A stretch of 61,218 nucleotides of DNA from Thermoplasmatota archaeon (GCA_038740425.1 JAVYLV010000001.1:1-61218); one strand, 5' to 3'. Positions 29,878-39,372 are shown, counted from the stretch's first letter. The notes: generated by a model not told the origin, from the sequence alone. Made by a program: numbers and translations.

Positions 29878-31392
29878 TTATATCTTCTTCCTCCACACAG
29901 GCCCTTTATCTGTATCCTGTATCTCAAATCCTAGTTTAATTAGTTTCCCACGTATATCATCAGCTGTAGTATAATCCTTCATCATTCTAGCTTTCTCTCT
30001 ATACTTTAGCAATAGATCAACCATGGTTTTAACATCATCCACCTGTGATTCTATTCTATATTCCACAATTAATTCCCTGAGTCTCTTCGCTGTATCATTC
30101 TCATCTTTTCTACCTGGTGAATCTTGGAATAGAGTCAACGTGTTACCTATCTTAAGCAATGTATCAAAAGCAAGACTACACAGGTCATAGTTAACATTTT
30201 TAGTACCATCTAAGTATTTGTTAGTATTGTTTATAAAGTCAAATAAAAAAGCAAAAGCTCTGGGTGTATTAAAATCATCATCCATAGACTCCTCAAAACC
30301 CTCTCTGAATCGTTGTATAGCCCTAAGATATGTTTTATCCTCCTTTTTTACTGCTGTTTCTTCTACTGTTTTTATCATCTTACCTTCAATACAATCTTCT
30401 AATTTTTCTTTAACACGGTATATACGATCCAGGTTCCTTTCAGCTTCAATCAGTGCTTTATCATTAAAATCAGGAGGACTGCGGTAATGTGTCTGAGCAA
30501 GGAACAACCTTATGACCTCAGGGTTATATTTTTTTAATATATCGCGTATGTTAACAATGTTACCCAGGGATTTAGACATCTTCTCTCCGTTAACAGTTAA
30601 CAAGCCGACATGCATCCAATAGTTAGCAAAGTTTTTACCTGTAGCTGATTCTGACTGAGCGATCTCGTTCTCATGATGAGGGAAACGTAGATCCATACCT
30701 CCACCATGTATATCAAAAGGTAAACCTAGATATTTGCTACTCATAGCTGAGCATTCTATATGCCAACCTGGTCTCCCTGAGCCCCATGGTGATGGCCACG
30801 ATGGTTCACCTGGTTTAGATTTTTTCCATAAAGTAAAATCGAGCGGGTTTTTTTTCTTTTCACCTGGTTCTACACGAGCCCCTGCTTTCATCTCAGATAA
30901 TCTCTGTCTTGATAATTTACCGTAATCTGAAAATCTTTCAACCGAGAAGTACACATCACCATCAGCAACATATGCGTACCCTTTATCTATCAAAACCTTG
31001 ATCATCTCTATCATATCAGGTATCGTCTCTGAGGCTTTAGGGTAAAGATCAGCCCTTCTTATACCAAGGGTATCCAAGTCATGTAGACAACGCTCTGTGT
31101 ATCGACGAGAGTACTCTAAGACATCTATAATCTCACGTTGAGCTGCTGCTATAATTTTGTCATCAACATCTGTTATATTCTGAATATAAAAAACTCTATA
31201 CCCTTTGTATTCGAAGTAACGTCGTATAATATCAAACGCTAGATATGTTCGAGCATGACCAATATGAGCGTCACTATAGACAGTCATGCCACATACATAC
31301 ATCTTTACTAAACCTGGTTCAACAGTTTTGAATATCTCTTTTTTATGTGACAATGAGTTATATATTTTTAGCGCCATATCTGAATTATTCAA
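29878..31392 (-). CDS. cysS: Cysteinyl-tRNA synthetase
   Basis: Class I motifs are present: HIGHARTY (HIGH), KMSKSLGN (KMSKS), WHIECSAM. The true start may be MALKIYNSL at 31377. Confidence 0.95.
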   Translation of the reverse strand: MNNSDMALKIYNSLSHKKEIFKTVEPGLVKMYVCGMTVYSDAHIGHARTYLAFDIIRRYFEYKGYRVFYIQNITDVDDKIIAAAQREIIDVLEYSRRYTERCLHDLDTLGIRRADLYPKASETIPDMIEMIKVLIDKGYAYVADGDVYFSVERFSDYGKLSRQRLSEMKAGARVEPGEKKKNPLDFTLWKKSKPGEPSWPSPWGSGRPGWHIECSAMSSKYLGLPFDIHGGGMDLRFPHHENEIAQSESATGKNFANYWMHVGLLTVNGEKMSKSLGNIVNIRDILKKYNPEVIRLFLAQTHYRSPPDFNDKALIEAERNLDRIYRVKEKLEDCIEGKMIKTVEETAVKKEDKTYLRAIQRFREGFEESMDDDFNTPRAFAFLFDFINNTNKYLDGTKNVNYDLCSLAFDTLLKIGNTLTLFQDSPGRKDENDTAKRLRELIVEYRIESQVDDVKTMVDLLLKYREKARMMKDYTTADDIRGKLIKLGFEIQDTDKGPVWRKKI

Positions 31393-31694
31393 AAAAAGAG
31401 GTGAGAATATATACTTTGTGGGGTGTGACTAATCAAAAGAAATATACCCTGTTTTTATAATACAAAAAAAATCAACAATTAATTTAAATCTTTTTTAAAA
31501 ATAAGACGGCAGATATACCTACCATGAGGCGATTACACCAGTATTATCAGTATTCGCCATTGAAGGGGAGAAACATATCTCTGAGACAGGTATACCAGCA
31601 ATATATCTCATTATAATCATAGTTAGAAGACGATAAACAACAATACTCCTCCTCTAAAATTTATCTTTTGCTATCTTCAATTTTTTCCAAATTA

Positions 31695-31702
31695 TTTATA
31701 AA
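31695..31702 (+). promoter_or_regulatory. Candidate TATA box (TTTATAAA) for fbp
   Basis: An AT-rich octamer about 60 nt upstream of the ATG at 31762, in the cysS/fbp divergent intergenic region. Confidence 0.3.
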
Positions 31703-31761
31703 CATATAGATTATACCCTAAAAGCAGGTTCAGGGTAGAATTTTTGGGGGTTTATAACAGT

Positions 31762-32874
31762 ATGAAGACCACATTTAGTATAATCAAAGCAGATGTAGGC
31801 GGATGGCCAGGACACGCCTGGGTACACCCTCAGCTTAAAGATATAGCTAAAAAAAGACTACAAGAAGCTAAGAAGAGTAACCTTATAATAGACTTCCATG
31901 TGACTAACTGCGGTGATGACCTTGAGCTTATCATGACTCATACCAAGGGTGTGGATAGTAAAGAGGTTCATAACCTTGCATGGGATATATTCTGCGAGGC
32001 TACTGAAAAATCCAAAGATCTAGGTTTATACGGTGCTGGTCAGGACCTGTTATGTGATGCTTTCGCTGGTAACATAAGAGGTATGGGTCCTGGTATAGCT
32101 GAGATGGAGTTCACTGAGCGGAAAGCCGAACCCGTGGTAGCGGTTATGATGGACAAGACAGAGCCTGGAGCGTTCAATCTACCTGTCTTTAAGATATTTG
32201 CTGATCCTTTTAACACAGCTGGTTTAATCATAGATCCATCGTTGCATGATGGTTTCGTCTTTGAAGTATGGGATATAATAGAGCATAAGAATGTTTTTTT
32301 GAATTCACCTGAGGAGATGTATGACTTGTTAGCGCTTATAGGTGCTAAGTCAAGATTTGTTATAAAGAGGGTGTATCCTAAGAAATCATCTAAATTACCA
32401 TCGGAGGAGCCTGTAGCTGTAGTTTCAACAGAGAAGCTTTATCAGATAGCTGGTGAATACGTAGGTAAGGATGACCCTGTAGGTGTTATAAGATGTCAAT
32501 CAGGCCTACCAGCTCTAGGTGAGGTGTTAGAAGGGTTCTCTCTTGGTCATCTTGTGTCAGGTTGGATGAGAGGGTCGCATAATGGTCCATTGATGCCTGT
32601 ATCAGTGAAAAATGCTATCTGTACTCGTTTTGACGGCCCTCCTCGTGTCATAGCTTTAGGATTTCAGGTGAGAAATGGTAAACTAACTGAGCCGGTTGAC
32701 TTATTTGATGATCCTGCTTTTGATAAGACTAGAATGGAGGCTCAGCGTATAACTGATTATATGCGTAGACATGGTCCATTTGAGCCTCATCGATTACCAA
32801 TGGAGGATATGGAGTATACAACATTACCTAATGTTTTTAAGAAGCTACGTGATAAATTCAAAACTATAAAATAG
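31762..32874 (+). CDS. fbp: Fructose-1,6-bisphosphate aldolase/phosphatase (class V FBPase)
   Basis: Has MKTTFSIIKADVGGWPGH and GPLMPV, characteristic of the archaeal bifunctional FBP aldolase/phosphatase. The ORF-track start at 31744 is a TTG extension. Confidence 0.95.
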   Translation: MKTTFSIIKADVGGWPGHAWVHPQLKDIAKKRLQEAKKSNLIIDFHVTNCGDDLELIMTHTKGVDSKEVHNLAWDIFCEATEKSKDLGLYGAGQDLLCDAFAGNIRGMGPGIAEMEFTERKAEPVVAVMMDKTEPGAFNLPVFKIFADPFNTAGLIIDPSLHDGFVFEVWDIIEHKNVFLNSPEEMYDLLALIGAKSRFVIKRVYPKKSSKLPSEEPVAVVSTEKLYQIAGEYVGKDDPVGVIRCQSGLPALGEVLEGFSLGHLVSGWMRGSHNGPLMPVSVKNAICTRFDGPPRVIALGFQVRNGKLTEPVDLFDDPAFDKTRMEAQRITDYMRRHGPFEPHRLPMEDMEYTTLPNVFKKLRDKFKTIK

Positions 32875-32928
32875 AGAGGGGGCAGTAAGCTCAGGTTACA
32901 TAGATTCTCATCTCTTTCTACCTTTAAT

Positions 32929-32936
32929 TTTAAATA
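32929..32936 (+). promoter_or_regulatory. Candidate TATA box (TTTAAATA) for rps15
   Basis: TTTAAATA lies 53 nt upstream of the ATG at 32989. Confidence 0.35.
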
Positions 32937-32988
32937 GTATAATCCTATACACTGGTTTACTCTGATAACAAAAGAAAGGTTTGACATT

Positions 32989-33450
32989 ATGGCGCGTATA
33001 TATACTCACCGTAAAGGTAAAGCTGGTTCGCATCGTATCAGAAGAAGTAAGCATCCTGATTGGAGTGCTCTTAATCCTAGAGAGGTTGAGTCGCATATAA
33101 TAGAGTTAGCTAAACAGGGTAAAACATCTAGTGAAATAGGTATACATCTACGTGACCAGTACGCTGTACCTGATGTTAGGGTAGCTACTGGTAAACGTAT
33201 AAATCAGATATTATCTAGGAATAATATGCTACCTGAGATACCAGATGACCTTAAGAGTTTGATACGTACAGCTCTTAGATTACAGAAGCATCTTGAGGAG
33301 CATAAGAAGGATCTTAAAACAAAGAGGAATCTGCAGCTTGTTGAATCAAAGATATGGCGTTTAACTAACTATTATCATAGGATTAATCGGTTGCCTAGGG
33401 ATTGGAAGTATACACCTGAGCAAGCTAAAGTGATGTTTGAATCAGCATAG
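32989..33450 (+). CDS. rps15: 30S ribosomal protein S15 (uS15 / S13e type)
   Basis: Has MARIYTHRKGKAGSHR and a C-terminal S15 fold region (LQKHLEEHKKDLKTKRNLQLVESKIWRLTNYY). Confidence 0.95.
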   Translation: MARIYTHRKGKAGSHRIRRSKHPDWSALNPREVESHIIELAKQGKTSSEIGIHLRDQYAVPDVRVATGKRINQILSRNNMLPEIPDDLKSLIRTALRLQKHLEEHKKDLKTKRNLQLVESKIWRLTNYYHRINRLPRDWKYTPEQAKVMFESA

Positions 33451-33482
33451 ACTAGGTATAATTTAATCATACGTTTTATATA

Positions 33483-34871
33483 GTGTATCATATTTTTCAT
33501 TCATTACTGGATAGTATTATGGGTAAAGAGTTATTGGTATCACTATGTAGAACCGGGTCTGAGATGGTGCATAAGTTACCACAGGGTACTCGTATACGTG
33601 TGGTGTCACATTATGACGCTGATGGTGTGACTAGTGCTGGTATAATATGTAACGCTTTATATGATATAGGTTATGATTTTCATGCTACATTGATGAGAAA
33701 TCCTTATACTAAGGGTTTGGAGAGATTGCTAGGTGAAGAGCATGAGTTCATTATCTTCTGTGATATGGGTAGTGGTCAGATTGATATGATAGAGAGGTTC
33801 AGATGCCCTGTTATAATACTTGATCATCATCAATATGTTAAGAAGGAGACTAGGAGTGGTATACTACAGATAAATGCTAATCTATGCGGATATGATGGTA
33901 ACTATGAGATATGTGGTGCTACATTAAGCTATGCTTTTGCCGCAGCGTTAAATCCCAGCAATGATAAATTAATACCCTTGGCGCTTGTAGGAGCTACTGG
34001 TGATAAACAATACATAGGGGGTTTTAGAGGGTATAATAGAGAAATACTGGAGACAGCTCTTAGCAAGGGTCTGCTTAGACCTATAACTGGTTTGAAGTTA
34101 TCAAAAGTTAGTATATCTGAGGAGTTACAGTATTCAATTGAGCCTTATTATAAGGGGTTGTCAGGTAGAGAATCTGAGATTAAAAAGGTATTAGATAAGA
34201 TAGGTATAAAGAGTGATAGCAAGCCTAGTGATCTAACCCCTGAAGAGATTAAACGTCTTAATTCTTATCTAATTTTAAATCTGATTAAAAACAAGTGTGA
34301 TAGTGATATGATAGATACTGTTATAAGGGAGCGTTATTGGTCTGATTTGTTGGATTCTGAGCTTGAGAGATACGCTGATATCCTTGATGCATGTGGTAAG
34401 AACGGTTACAGGGGTTTAGCCTTGTCATTATGTTTCAATAATGAGACTGTTTTAATGGAGGAGGCGAAGAGGGTGGAGAAGGAGTATAAAAGTAGAATAC
34501 TCTCTACTCTGCTCTCGTTGGAGGATAATGGTTTATATGAGACTGATAACATGTGTTATTTCTACAGTGATGACTCTTCACTTGGTGGTGTTATAGCGGG
34601 TATATTCATAAATTATATCACTGGTGGTCGTAAACCAGTATTCGCTATATCGCGTAAACCAGATGAGGTACATATCTCATGTAGAGGTACAGTATCCCTG
34701 GTTAAAAATGGTTTGGATCTGGGTTCAGCTTTGAAGACTATAACCACTACTATGGGTGGTTATGGTGGCGGGCATAAGGTAGCAGCTGGTGCTACTATAA
34801 ATCCTGATAAAGAGAAGGATTTCCTGTTAATGGTTGACAGTATAATAGGGCAACAGATGAAAAGGAAGTGA
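33483..34871 (+). CDS. Archaeal RecJ/GAN-like DHH-family nuclease
   Basis: DHH motifs are present: SHYDADGVTSAGI, CDMGSG, ILDHHQ, and the DHHA1 motif GGGHKVAAGATI. The start may be MGKELL at 33519. Confidence 0.8.
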   Translation: MYHIFHSLLDSIMGKELLVSLCRTGSEMVHKLPQGTRIRVVSHYDADGVTSAGIICNALYDIGYDFHATLMRNPYTKGLERLLGEEHEFIIFCDMGSGQIDMIERFRCPVIILDHHQYVKKETRSGILQINANLCGYDGNYEICGATLSYAFAAALNPSNDKLIPLALVGATGDKQYIGGFRGYNREILETALSKGLLRPITGLKLSKVSISEELQYSIEPYYKGLSGRESEIKKVLDKIGIKSDSKPSDLTPEEIKRLNSYLILNLIKNKCDSDMIDTVIRERYWSDLLDSELERYADILDACGKNGYRGLALSLCFNNETVLMEEAKRVEKEYKSRILSTLLSLEDNGLYETDNMCYFYSDDSSLGGVIAGIFINYITGGRKPVFAISRKPDEVHISCRGTVSLVKNGLDLGSALKTITTTMGGYGGGHKVAAGATINPDKEKDFLLMVDSIIGQQMKRK

Positions 34872-35101
34872 TTACTTTGAATATAGAATGTACGGTTATG
34901 ATAGAGTATGATAAACCTGAGAAAGCGAGGATAATATATCGTTCGACACGTATAGATGATGGTGGTTTCGTAGAGTCTAAGGTTGATGGTGGAAGGATAA
35001 TAGCATCTATTAGGAGTAGATCAGTATCATCACTTTTACATACACTTGATGATTATCTATCATGTGTGTCGGTAGCTGAATCTATTGCAGATAAAAATTA
35101 A
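34868..35101 (+). CDS. pcc1: KEOPS complex Pcc1-like subunit
   Basis: A 77-aa protein that overlaps the upstream gene by 4 nt. The C-terminal pattern (SRSVSSLLHTLDDYLSCVSVAESI) resembles the Pcc1/CTAG family. Confidence 0.5.
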   Translation: MITLNIECTVMIEYDKPEKARIIYRSTRIDDGGFVESKVDGGRIIASIRSRSVSSLLHTLDDYLSCVSVAESIADKN

Positions 35102-35132
35102 GTAGAAAATGTATGATACAATCAAGGTGTGA

Positions 35133-36650
35133 ATGTCTATGGTATCAGATATAGATGTATCTTTTGTATTCAGTGATAAAGTAGCCTCATATAAGAATGA
35201 GTTATCATCTCTACTGAACAAGATATGCAACGAGATAAGTACCAGATTAATTAAAGATAATACGAGTAGTATACAACTAGATGTTAGGGAGATTAAGGAT
35301 AATACAGTAAAAGTTAATATAAAATCAACTGGGGATTTCAGACCTCATAGTATCCTACTGCAGATGAGAAACACACTTAGTAAGGAGATAGGTAAAAAAT
35401 ATCATCTAGGTGTAAGAGAAATCAGGGTTAACAACTACACGTTTGTATTGGATGTCGAGCGAGAACCATTAAAGGAGGTTAGTATACCATTCGCTGATGT
35501 AACATTAAAAGGTAAAGAAGCAACAATTAGTATAAAGGATGTTGATGAGGAGTTCCTGCAGGGTAATTACATAGATCGTATGATTACCCTGCTAAAGGAT
35601 AAAGTTAAAAATCAGTACTATGAGGGGAAAGCTGAGTACTGGCGTCTTATATGGTGCACAGAAGAGAAAAAACCTGTATGGGATAATGATCCTACTGAGG
35701 AGATGGTTAAAAAAGGGTGGCTTAAACCAGGTCCTACTAAGGGTAAATGGTTTTACTATCCTCAGGCTGCGTCTATACTGAAAACCATGGAGAGAATAGC
35801 GATTGAGGAGGTGCTTAAACCATTAGGATTCCAAGAGGTGGTAGAGTCTCATATAGTACCATTTGATATATGGCTGCGTACAGGTCACCTGGAAGGTATG
35901 CCTGGTGAGATATACTATATAGTAGAACCTGCGACCCGTGATACTAAGGATTGGGAGAGGTTTATGGATCTAACCAGGATTACTAAAAAAGTACATGTAG
36001 ATGAACTAATGAAGAATCTCAGCAAGCCTAATGCTGGTGTATGCTATGCTCAATGCCCCATGATATACTGGTCATTCAAAGGTAAAACCATATCTGAGAA
36101 ATCATTACCTGTACTAGTGTATGACAAGACCGCTATATCATGTAGATATGAGTCAGGCGGCAGGCATGGTATAGAACGCGTAGACGAGTTCCATAGGATT
36201 GAACCAGTCTATATAGGTACACGTGAACATCTCTTAGAGTTACGTGATAAACTCATAGAGCGTTACAAGCATGTATTCAATGATATCTTTGATCTAGAAT
36301 GGCGTATGGCGTGGGTTACACCATGGTATATGCAACAAGCAGGTAAAAGCTGTGATGCTGGTGAGGATGAAACTGGTACTATAGACTTCGAAGCTTATAT
36401 GCCTTACCGTGGTGACAGAGAGAACTCAGAGTGGTTAGAATTCCAGAACCTTAGCATACTAGGTGATAAATATGTCAAAGCCTTTACTATCAAATCTCAG
36501 AGGAGTGAATTATGGAGCGGATGTTCAGGTATAGGTCTTGAACGATGGATGATCGCTTTTTTAGCTCAGAAAGGATTAAACCCTGAGTGTTGGCCTAAAG
36601 GTTTCAAGCGTTATCTTGATAGTATACCAGAATGGATTGAATTCTTATAA
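35133..36650 (+). CDS. serS: Seryl-tRNA synthetase, methanogen-type (type 2)
   Basis: Long stretches match my recollection of Methanosarcina barkeri SerRS: YESGGRHGIERVDEFHRIEPVYIGT, CYAQCP, ELWSGCSGIGLERWMIAFLAQKGLNPECWP, and an ending in ...IEFL. Confidence 0.9.
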   Translation: MSMVSDIDVSFVFSDKVASYKNELSSLLNKICNEISTRLIKDNTSSIQLDVREIKDNTVKVNIKSTGDFRPHSILLQMRNTLSKEIGKKYHLGVREIRVNNYTFVLDVEREPLKEVSIPFADVTLKGKEATISIKDVDEEFLQGNYIDRMITLLKDKVKNQYYEGKAEYWRLIWCTEEKKPVWDNDPTEEMVKKGWLKPGPTKGKWFYYPQAASILKTMERIAIEEVLKPLGFQEVVESHIVPFDIWLRTGHLEGMPGEIYYIVEPATRDTKDWERFMDLTRITKKVHVDELMKNLSKPNAGVCYAQCPMIYWSFKGKTISEKSLPVLVYDKTAISCRYESGGRHGIERVDEFHRIEPVYIGTREHLLELRDKLIERYKHVFNDIFDLEWRMAWVTPWYMQQAGKSCDAGEDETGTIDFEAYMPYRGDRENSEWLEFQNLSILGDKYVKAFTIKSQRSELWSGCSGIGLERWMIAFLAQKGLNPECWPKGFKRYLDSIPEWIEFL

Positions 36651-36700
36651 AAGATTAGAGATAAATTCTAGAAAAGGGTTTCTCAATAAATTTCTTTTTT

Positions 36701-37729
36701 TTAGAATTCCAATAGGTTACGTTGACTTTTCATACGACCTAGAAGTCTATACTTCTCTATAACAGGTTCTACTCTCTCCTTTGAGAATTGATGCTCATCA
36801 CATAGTATACGGTAAACCTTATCCTCCTCTATAACACCCCAATTTATCTTATAATCCTTATCTACCTCTGGTTCTAGAAATAATCTTCTTATCTCCCTGT
36901 AATTATTTATCTTATCCTTATCACTCTCTGATAGGTTTGGTAGTATATTCTCTATACATCTGTTTTTTTTGATAAGATGGTAACTCTTCTTAGGGCCTAT
37001 ACCATTAATACCGATGTTGAAGTCTGTACCTATTAGTATAGCTATATCTACTAGTTGTTCTCTTGTTATACCAAGCTTATCTAGGTTCATCTTTAAGTCT
37101 ATCAACTCAGGTTTAACCTCAGTGTATGCTTGTTTACCTGGCAGCTTCCTCTTAGTGGATGAGGTTAGGTTACGTATCAATATAGATGAACCGAACAGTA
37201 AAGAATCGTAATCCTGCGAACCTATACCATAAGCGTCTCCTCTGCTAACCATGTAGCTAGCCTGTGCTTCACCCTCTGACGGGGCTTGTACGTATGGTAT
37301 ACCTAGGGCTGATAGTAGATTCTTGCTTTGCTCTATGATCTCATCTGTTACACGTGATGTTTGTTGTACTTTAACCCTCGCTGTCTCAATATCACCCTTC
37401 TCTATAGCTTCCATGTATTCACGCTCAGCCTGCTCTCGTCTCTGCTGCCTCTCCTTTATCGTCTGCATCTTAAGAGGGTGAGGAGGACCATCAAATACGT
37501 ATAAAGGATATACGCCCGCATCTACTAGGTTAGCAGTCCTGTGGAACAAACCTGACAGATGAGATGTTATCCTACCTTTACTATCCTTAAGTGGTGTACC
37601 ATCACGCTGCCTTATAATAGAGATGAACTGATGCAGAACATTATGACCGTCTATGGCTATGACACGTTTTTTCAGATCATGGAAGCTACAGGTCTCCTTA
37701 TCGAATAGGTCACCTATATCAACACCCAT
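36701..37729 (-). CDS. fen: Flap endonuclease 1
   Basis: Has MGVDIGDL...IAIDGHNVLHQF, VFDGPPHPLK, QAPSEGEAQASYM, IGTDFN. These are the XPG-N/XPG-I motifs. Confidence 0.95.
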   Translation of the reverse strand: MGVDIGDLFDKETCSFHDLKKRVIAIDGHNVLHQFISIIRQRDGTPLKDSKGRITSHLSGLFHRTANLVDAGVYPLYVFDGPPHPLKMQTIKERQQRREQAEREYMEAIEKGDIETARVKVQQTSRVTDEIIEQSKNLLSALGIPYVQAPSEGEAQASYMVSRGDAYGIGSQDYDSLLFGSSILIRNLTSSTKRKLPGKQAYTEVKPELIDLKMNLDKLGITREQLVDIAILIGTDFNIGINGIGPKKSYHLIKKNRCIENILPNLSESDKDKINNYREIRRLFLEPEVDKDYKINWGVIEEDKVYRILCDEHQFSKERVEPVIEKYRLLGRMKSQRNLLEF

Positions 37730-37870
37730 CTTCTCTTTCCACTCTTTTTTAGATGTATAGACTTTATCAGATAGTTTATATTAAGAGACATGGTTTAAGC
37801 TTTTCCTTTGATGATTCAATATAAGAAAAATAATGAAGAAAAGGTCTAAGGATGTTTTTTATATTGAGGA

Positions 37871-38182
37871 TTAAAAATCAAGAAAGAAAACTATCTCTTC
37901 ATCTAATTTTTCTAGATCCAACAAAACTTTCTCTCTTCTAGGTGTTCCATTGGCGTTCCTAAAATCTCTCTGGAATGAACCACATTTCACAAGTACATCA
38001 TCATCAATCCTTATGAACGATATTTGCTTTAGATCAAAACTAACTTTTCTTAATCTAGACCATGCACCTCTCTTAATTCTCTCAATCTCATAATCTGATT
38101 TACCACCTTTAAGTTCTTCATGCCATTTTTGAAAACTTCTTTGTTCATCGTTGTACTCTACCTCACCCATTGCGAGGAGCAA
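37871..38182 (-). CDS. Hypothetical small protein (103 aa; about 99 aa from the ATG), third gene of the accessory cassette
   Basis: ORF only, with a TTG start at 38182 or an ATG (MGEVEY) at 38170. It is charged and has no recognisable motif. An AT-rich TATA-like stretch lies about 30 nt upstream of the ATG, so a leaderless transcript is possible. Confidence 0.4.
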   Translation of the reverse strand: MLLAMGEVEYNDEQRSFQKWHEELKGGKSDYEIERIKRGAWSRLRKVSFDLKQISFIRIDDDVLVKCGSFQRDFRNANGTPRREKVLLDLEKLDEEIVFFLDF

Positions 38183-38254
38183 AACAACACAGTTAAAATT
38201 CTTAATTGATTGTGAGTGCTTTACTATTGTTCACTATATCTGGGTTATATATGT

Positions 38255-38533
38255 TCATATTACAAGTTTTTTATAGGTGATTTTGTAAAAAAGGTTGCCC
38301 CTAATCACAGACAATAAATTTTTAACTGAAATTTTTGTCCCCTCTATCAACATTTTAGAATAGTTTTTACTTTCTATAACATCGTGCAAAATAAAGTGAT
38401 AGTAATTAATAGTTCTTCTAGCTTCTTCATTTACAAGTTCAACTAAAAAATCTCTATCTTTATTAGATAAATTGTGTTTTGAAATAATCGTTAGATACCA
38501 CATACTTTTTTTATTTAAATTGCTAGATGCCAT
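38255..38533 (-). CDS. Hypothetical small protein (92 aa), translationally coupled to the PLD gene
   Basis: The ATG at 38533 overlaps the PLD ORF end by 19 nt. It is preceded by an SD-like GAGGGAG (reverse complement of 38539-38545) with a 5-nt spacer. No recognisable motif. Confidence 0.45.
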   Translation of the reverse strand: MASSNLNKKSMWYLTIISKHNLSNKDRDFLVELVNEEARRTINYYHFILHDVIESKNYSKMLIEGTKISVKNLLSVIRGNLFYKITYKKLVI

Positions 38534-39372
38534 TTATCTCCCTCTAAACAAATCAGCCCTTTTTTCTTAAGAGATTGTTGGGCGTTCCTGACTAAATGTT
38601 TCCATTTTTTCCCAAAATGTTGTCCATTAATCACTCGGTCAACAGAATCATCACAGATATCTGGATGTATTGTTTGGATCATGGGATGAATTTCTTCTGT
38701 GCTCAGTGCACCTTTCTTTTCTAGCAGATAAAGAATTGTATCGGAAAATATTGCGTTGATCGTTTTCCCATCTCTTATTCTGTTTTTTAATAGTTCAACA
38801 TCGATTGTTTCGATGCTTTTTTTTAACAATTTTCCTAATCTTGTATCTTTAACAAGTTCTTCAGTTTTATTTCTAATATCATACAATCTGGTGGTCTCTT
38901 TACTGATCTTTTCTAATAAATCTCTATCAAGTACATTTCCAATGGAATAATATTTTAACATATCTTCTTTTATTTGAGAAATAATATATTTATCATCTAT
39001 TAAAACTCCGTATTCAAAATTACTAATTAAACCGCCGCTTGTAAGATTGGCTGAAGTAATTATTCCCATTTTATCATCTACCAAATATACTTTTGCATGC
39101 AATCTGCCCAGACTTGAAATTTTGACCTGGCCGAATTGTCTATGTAATTCCAATAGTGCTGTTGGTTCGGTAACTCCGTTTATTATATTTTGTATCGTAA
39201 AATTTGTTATAATAGTTAATTTAATATCCGTTTTTGTTTTGATGGAATCTGATAAGATTTTCACTCCATCAAAATTTACAAAAGGAGAAGATATAAATAA
39301 TTCTTCTCTCGTTTTTCTTATTGTATCTATAAACTTATTTTTCCAGGGGGATAACAAAAATTTATATTGCAT
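38515..39372 (-). CDS. Single-HKD phospholipase-D-family nuclease fused to a C-terminal Mrr_N-like winged-helix domain
   Basis: The HKD motif is LHAKVYLVDDKMGIITSANLTSGG. The C-terminal about 85 aa (...ILYLLEKKGALSTEEI...NGQHFGKKWKHLVRNAQQSLKKKGLICLEGDKWHL) follows the Mrr N-terminal wHTH pattern. A strong SD, GAGGTGG (reverse complement of 39377-39383), sits 4 nt before the ATG. Confidence 0.75.
   Translation of the reverse strand: MQYKFLLSPWKNKFIDTIRKTREELFISSPFVNFDGVKILSDSIKTKTDIKLTIITNFTIQNIINGVTEPTALLELHRQFGQVKISSLGRLHAKVYLVDDKMGIITSANLTSGGLISNFEYGVLIDDKYIISQIKEDMLKYYSIGNVLDRDLLEKISKETTRLYDIRNKTEELVKDTRLGKLLKKSIETIDVELLKNRIRDGKTINAIFSDTILYLLEKKGALSTEEIHPMIQTIHPDICDDSVDRVINGQHFGKKWKHLVRNAQQSLKKKGLICLEGDKWHLAI

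Noticed and set aside
31393-31761. Long (369-bp) cysS/fbp divergent intergenic region as a possible ncRNA or riboswitch
   Set aside because: Only weak 5-bp stems were seen (GGCGA...TCGCC around 31530-31560). There is no GC-rich structured core and no known riboswitch motif, so it is most simply two divergent promoters.
37871-38533. The 92-aa and 103-aa ORFs as two halves of one disrupted gene (both are in the same minus-strand frame)
   Set aside because: The 72-nt spacer read in that frame contains the TGA stop followed by TAG and TGA stops. The sequences show no continuity, so sharing a frame is a 1-in-3 coincidence.
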